This document shows positions 7,798 to 10,130 of a stretch of DNA of 10,130 bases, piece after piece. The notes beneath the pieces are model-generated. The model did not search any database. It worked only from the letters and a program-made list of their open reading frames with translations, and was not told the DNA's origin. Position 1 is the stretch's first letter. Each line of letters starts with the position of its first letter. The position numbers and the translations under genes were made by a program. Source of the stretch: Promethearchaeati archaeon (GTDB taxonomy: Archaea > Asgardarchaeota > Heimdallarchaeia > Heimdallarchaeales > Heimdallarchaeaceae). The stretch spans positions 1-10,130 of the forward strand of contig JABLTJ010000059.1 of the NCBI GenBank assembly GCA_013166775.1. Reading direction: 5' to 3'.

Positions 7798-7871
7798 TTA
7801 AGAATATTGCTACTTCTCTATGTATATCTAATCTCACCATTAGCAATTACTTTGTAGTATCAATTAAATTG
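7798..7871 (-). pseudogene. Probable heavily decayed continuation of the AKR pseudogene
   Basis: 7856-7871 (AGTATCAATTAAATTG) is identical to AKR 5884-5899. Gapped similarity continues leftwards: the minus strand gives NLIDT..ANG...SNILK versus NLIDTAEEYAGG...GNVLK in the intact gene. Confidence 0.45.
7860..7871 (+). repeat. 12-bp direct repeat TCAATTAAATTG, left copy (right copy 8088..8099)
   Basis: The same 12-mer lies at both ends of the 7872..8087 segment. It occurs once in the intact AKR gene (5888-5899). Confidence 0.7.
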
Positions 7872-7912
7872 TTAAAGATCATTCATTTATAGAAGGAAAT
7901 TAAATTAGGCAA

Positions 7913-7941
7913 TTTTTATAATTAGTAAAAATATACTAATT
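7913..7941 (+). promoter_or_regulatory. TATA-like box overlapped by inverted repeat AATTAGTA-N6-TACTAATT
   Basis: TTTTTATAA at 7913-7921 and perfect 8-bp arms at 7920-7927 and 7934-7941, upstream of ATG 7965. Confidence 0.35.
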
Positions 7942-7964
7942 TTATCTAAATATGGGATTATTTT

Positions 7965-8177
7965 ATGAAAAAACGAATCTTATCAATTTTATTACTTGTA
8001 ACGATTATGATTACTCAAATTTCTTTCATGCCATCGACTGTAGGTTTGGCTGAAAATGTAAATGCTATGAGTCAACAGATCGATACTTCAATTAAATTGA
8101 TACTCGTAGATTTGTTCTTTATCTTATATTCCCTTAAATTTATAGCCAAACGCAAGTGTTCCCAAACCTATTCTTGA
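7965..8177 (+). pseudogene. Truncated secreted-protein gene: signal-peptide region fused to the antisense of an AKR remnant
   Basis: MKKRILSILLLVTIMITQISFMPSTVGLAE is a signal-peptide-like N-terminus. Everything after 8087 is the reverse complement of AKR-derived sequence. Confidence 0.6.
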
Positions 8178-8216
8178 TACTTTTAGATCGGTTTTTCCGA
8201 ATTATATTTTTTCCAT
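8088..8216 (-). pseudogene. Aldo/keto reductase pseudogene, 5' fragment
   Basis: Translates MEKI*FGKTDLKVSRIGLGTLAFGYKFKGI*DKEQIYE, 29 of 38 residues identical to the AKR at 6042. It has TAA stops at 8202-8204 and 8124-8126, and a 26-nt deletion equivalent to 5904-5929. SD GGTGAG is retained at 8221-8226. Confidence 0.92.
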
Positions 8217-8242
8217 TTTCCTCACCAAATAAATTCTAAAAT

Positions 8243-9625
8243 TTAATAACTATATTCGAATCTTTTATGTTCTCCTTTTTTACTGTCTAATAGAATTGTT
8301 TCTCCTAATTTATTTTTGATGAATTCGATATTTTCACCAGGTTTTGCAATAGGTGATTCCTTTGTAGGAGTAAATACAAAACCTTTCTTATGTTCTAGAA
8401 TTTGCATTGAATTTCCTGGATATTTGTTTTCTGGATTGAGTAATACTAATTTTGATTTAATTTGACTGAATAATTCTGGTCCCCAACCCTTTAAGGAATC
8501 ATATAACCCTGCTATCTCACTAAAATCGAGTGAACTTTCTGAATCTTGTAGGAAGATATTCTTCATTGAATCAAGGGTTTCAACTAAATGACATAAACCA
8601 TAGAAGAATCCCTCAATGCCAATATTTGTAGCATTACAAAAAACAACAATAATTACCTTCTTATCTTGAAAGAATCCTGATTTAGACCTGAATCCAACCT
8701 CTCCTCCTGTATGCCCGGCTATCTTACCTTCTGGATTGTTTGATAATTCGAAACCTAATCCTCTAATATTATTACCCATTTTTACTTGTATTCTTTGCAT
8801 TTCTCGTTTAAGATCATCTGGTAGGAGAATGTCATTACCAAACAAGTGTGCTTGATAGAATTTGATTAAATCACTAACAGTACTACACAAACCAGCTGCA
8901 GGTTGAAAAAGTTTTGAAGGGTATAGTGAAAATCGTTCTCTATCTTCTCTAGGATATTTCGTTCCGTAACCAACAACATGTAAAGATCTGTTCTTTTCAG
9001 AGACATCAATATAGGTATTTGACATCTCTAATGGATCAAGAATCTTTGTTTGGATAAATAGACCGAATTCTTGTTGTGAAATAGCTTCAATTATTTGACC
9101 TAGTAAAACGTAACCAATGTTAGAATATTTTACTACTTCGTTTGTTTTTGAAACACTTAGTCCTTCTTTTAATTGAATCTTCAGTTCCTCAAGGTTAAGA
9201 GTTTCATTCTTACCAACATAGTCCTTTTTACCATCACATGATAATCCACTTGTGTGAGTTAAAAGATGTCGAATAGTGATATCTTGAAGATTCTCATCGT
9301 TTTCTGATGTAAACCATGGTAAATACTTTGTGACTTTATCATCAAGAGACAATTTGCCCTCTTTGTATAATATCATAATAGCAGTAGCAGTAAAGAGTTT
9401 TGAATGTGAGGCGATTCGAAACAAGTGTTGGTTAGTAAATTTCTTTTTAACTTCTAAATCTGCATAACCATATTTCTTCTGAAATACAATCTCGTTATCA
9501 ACGAATATACCTACTGCTAATCCTGGTAATTCATTTAAATAAGTTTGATAATCAAGCCATTTATCCATTAATCCTGAAGCTTCTTTAATTATTGACTTTA
9601 AACTAATTTTCAGCATTTCTTCCAT
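8243..9625 (-). CDS. Serine hydrolase, beta-lactamase/AmpC-like family (penicillin-binding fold)
   Basis: FRIASHSKLFTA (SxxK), ITIRHLLTHTSG, KYSNIGY (YxN) and GHTGG, with a ~100-aa C-terminal extension and no signal peptide. The start may be TTG 9631, ATG 9625 or ATG 9616. Confidence 0.93.
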   Translation of the reverse strand: MEEMLKISLKSIIKEASGLMDKWLDYQTYLNELPGLAVGIFVDNEIVFQKKYGYADLEVKKKFTNQHLFRIASHSKLFTATAIMILYKEGKLSLDDKVTKYLPWFTSENDENLQDITIRHLLTHTSGLSCDGKKDYVGKNETLNLEELKIQLKEGLSVSKTNEVVKYSNIGYVLLGQIIEAISQQEFGLFIQTKILDPLEMSNTYIDVSEKNRSLHVVGYGTKYPREDRERFSLYPSKLFQPAAGLCSTVSDLIKFYQAHLFGNDILLPDDLKREMQRIQVKMGNNIRGLGFELSNNPEGKIAGHTGGEVGFRSKSGFFQDKKVIIVVFCNATNIGIEGFFYGLCHLVETLDSMKNIFLQDSESSLDFSEIAGLYDSLKGWGPELFSQIKSKLVLLNPENKYPGNSMQILEHKKGFVFTPTKESPIAKPGENIEFIKNKLGETILLDSKKGEHKRFEYSY

Positions 9626-9667
9626 CTTCAATAAGTTAGATCGACCTTTATGTCATCCGAATCCCAG

Positions 9668-9683
9668 CAAAAATTAATTTTTG
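9668..9683. promoter_or_regulatory. Perfect 16-bp palindrome CAAAAATTAATTTTTG upstream of the serine hydrolase
   Basis: Equal to its own reverse complement, about 40 nt upstream of the - strand start. Confidence 0.35.
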
Positions 9684-9847
9684 AATAATAAAAACCAACC
9701 ATCACTCTAGAAAATCAAATGTGGACTTAGATATTAATTAAAAAGAAAACATCTGAGGTTAAATTTAAGATAATTAGTTTCATATAATTAATTTCAAGAA
9801 AACTTAATTAGATATTACCAATATACAATGCTTATTTTGGGAAGCGG

Positions 9848-9967
9848 ATGGATTATGAGGATGGTCATCTGATTTGTGAGATATGCAAGGAAAGAATTCC
9901 AATTCCTGCATGCTCTGAATGCAACCAAACACTTGGCATTGGAGTTAAAGAATTAGAAAACGATTGA
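9848..9967 (+). CDS. Small double-CxxC (zinc-ribbon-like) protein, or remnant of a longer one
   Basis: MDYEDGHLICEICKERIPIPACSECNQTLGIGVKELEND* (39 aa), below the ORF-track cutoff. It is visibly less AT-rich than the flanking intergenic DNA. Confidence 0.65.
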   Translation: MDYEDGHLICEICKERIPIPACSECNQTLGIGVKELEND

Positions 9968-10099
9968 AGGGCTGAATTGAGTAATACCTAAATTTCTGCT
10001 GTTCTAGTTTTTCTGGAAGATTCAAATTTTACTTGTAAATTTCTCTATATTATTTTTCTTTAGATTAATGAGAATTCTCTTTTTATCAAAAGTAGCAAG

Positions 10100-10121
10100 T
10101 AGTTATAATTTTATATAACTA
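10100..10121. promoter_or_regulatory. Inverted repeat TAGTTATA-N6-TATAACTA containing TATA-like sequence
   Basis: Perfect 8-bp arms. It may belong to the promoter of a gene beyond the window. Confidence 0.3.
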
Positions 10122-10130
10122 AATAGTAAA

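Noticed and set aside
9628-9702. 24-codon minus-strand ORF upstream of the serine hydrolase, considered as a leader peptide
   Set aside because: Short, no compositional signal, and expected by chance.
10070-10079. 10-bp palindrome GAGAATTCTC
   Set aside because: Too short and isolated to distinguish from chance.
1-10130. Selenocysteine recoding, tRNA/rRNA genes or IS elements
   Set aside because: No in-frame TGA at catalytic Cys positions, no GC-rich structured segments, and no transposase-like ORF or terminal inverted repeats.

Overview
AT-rich, gene-dense window that looks archaeal. Several starts have GGTGA/GGTGG-type Shine-Dalgarno motifs, and TATA-like boxes and oligo-T tracts are present. 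The gene content is reminiscent of Asgard/Heimdallarchaeia, but this is inference only. It is an accessory redox/hydrolase cluster. The left half has two tandem MDR-family oxidoreductases, two paralogous rhodaneses with a Gly-rich CxGGGxS loop, a SnoaL-like protein, a flavodoxin (all + strand) and a Cys-rich membrane protein (- strand). The right half (- strand) has a serine hydrolase, a surface-anchored YtcJ-like amidohydrolase, an aldo/keto reductase (AKR) and an ATC-hydrolase-like gene. Four things are missed by the ORF track. (1) ORFs 4740..5060 and 4152..4646 are one ~300-codon frame broken by a single in-frame TAG. (2) A decayed second AKR copy lies at 8088..8216 and appears to resume at 7871, so that a 216-bp insert is flanked by a 12-bp direct repeat of a near-palindromic site; the 70-aa + strand ORF is a chimera across this junction. 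(3) There is a 39-aa double-CxxC micro-ORF at 9848..9967. (4) An identical 17-bp non-coding element follows both rhodanese genes. No rRNA, tRNA, CRISPR array or transposase/integrase was seen.
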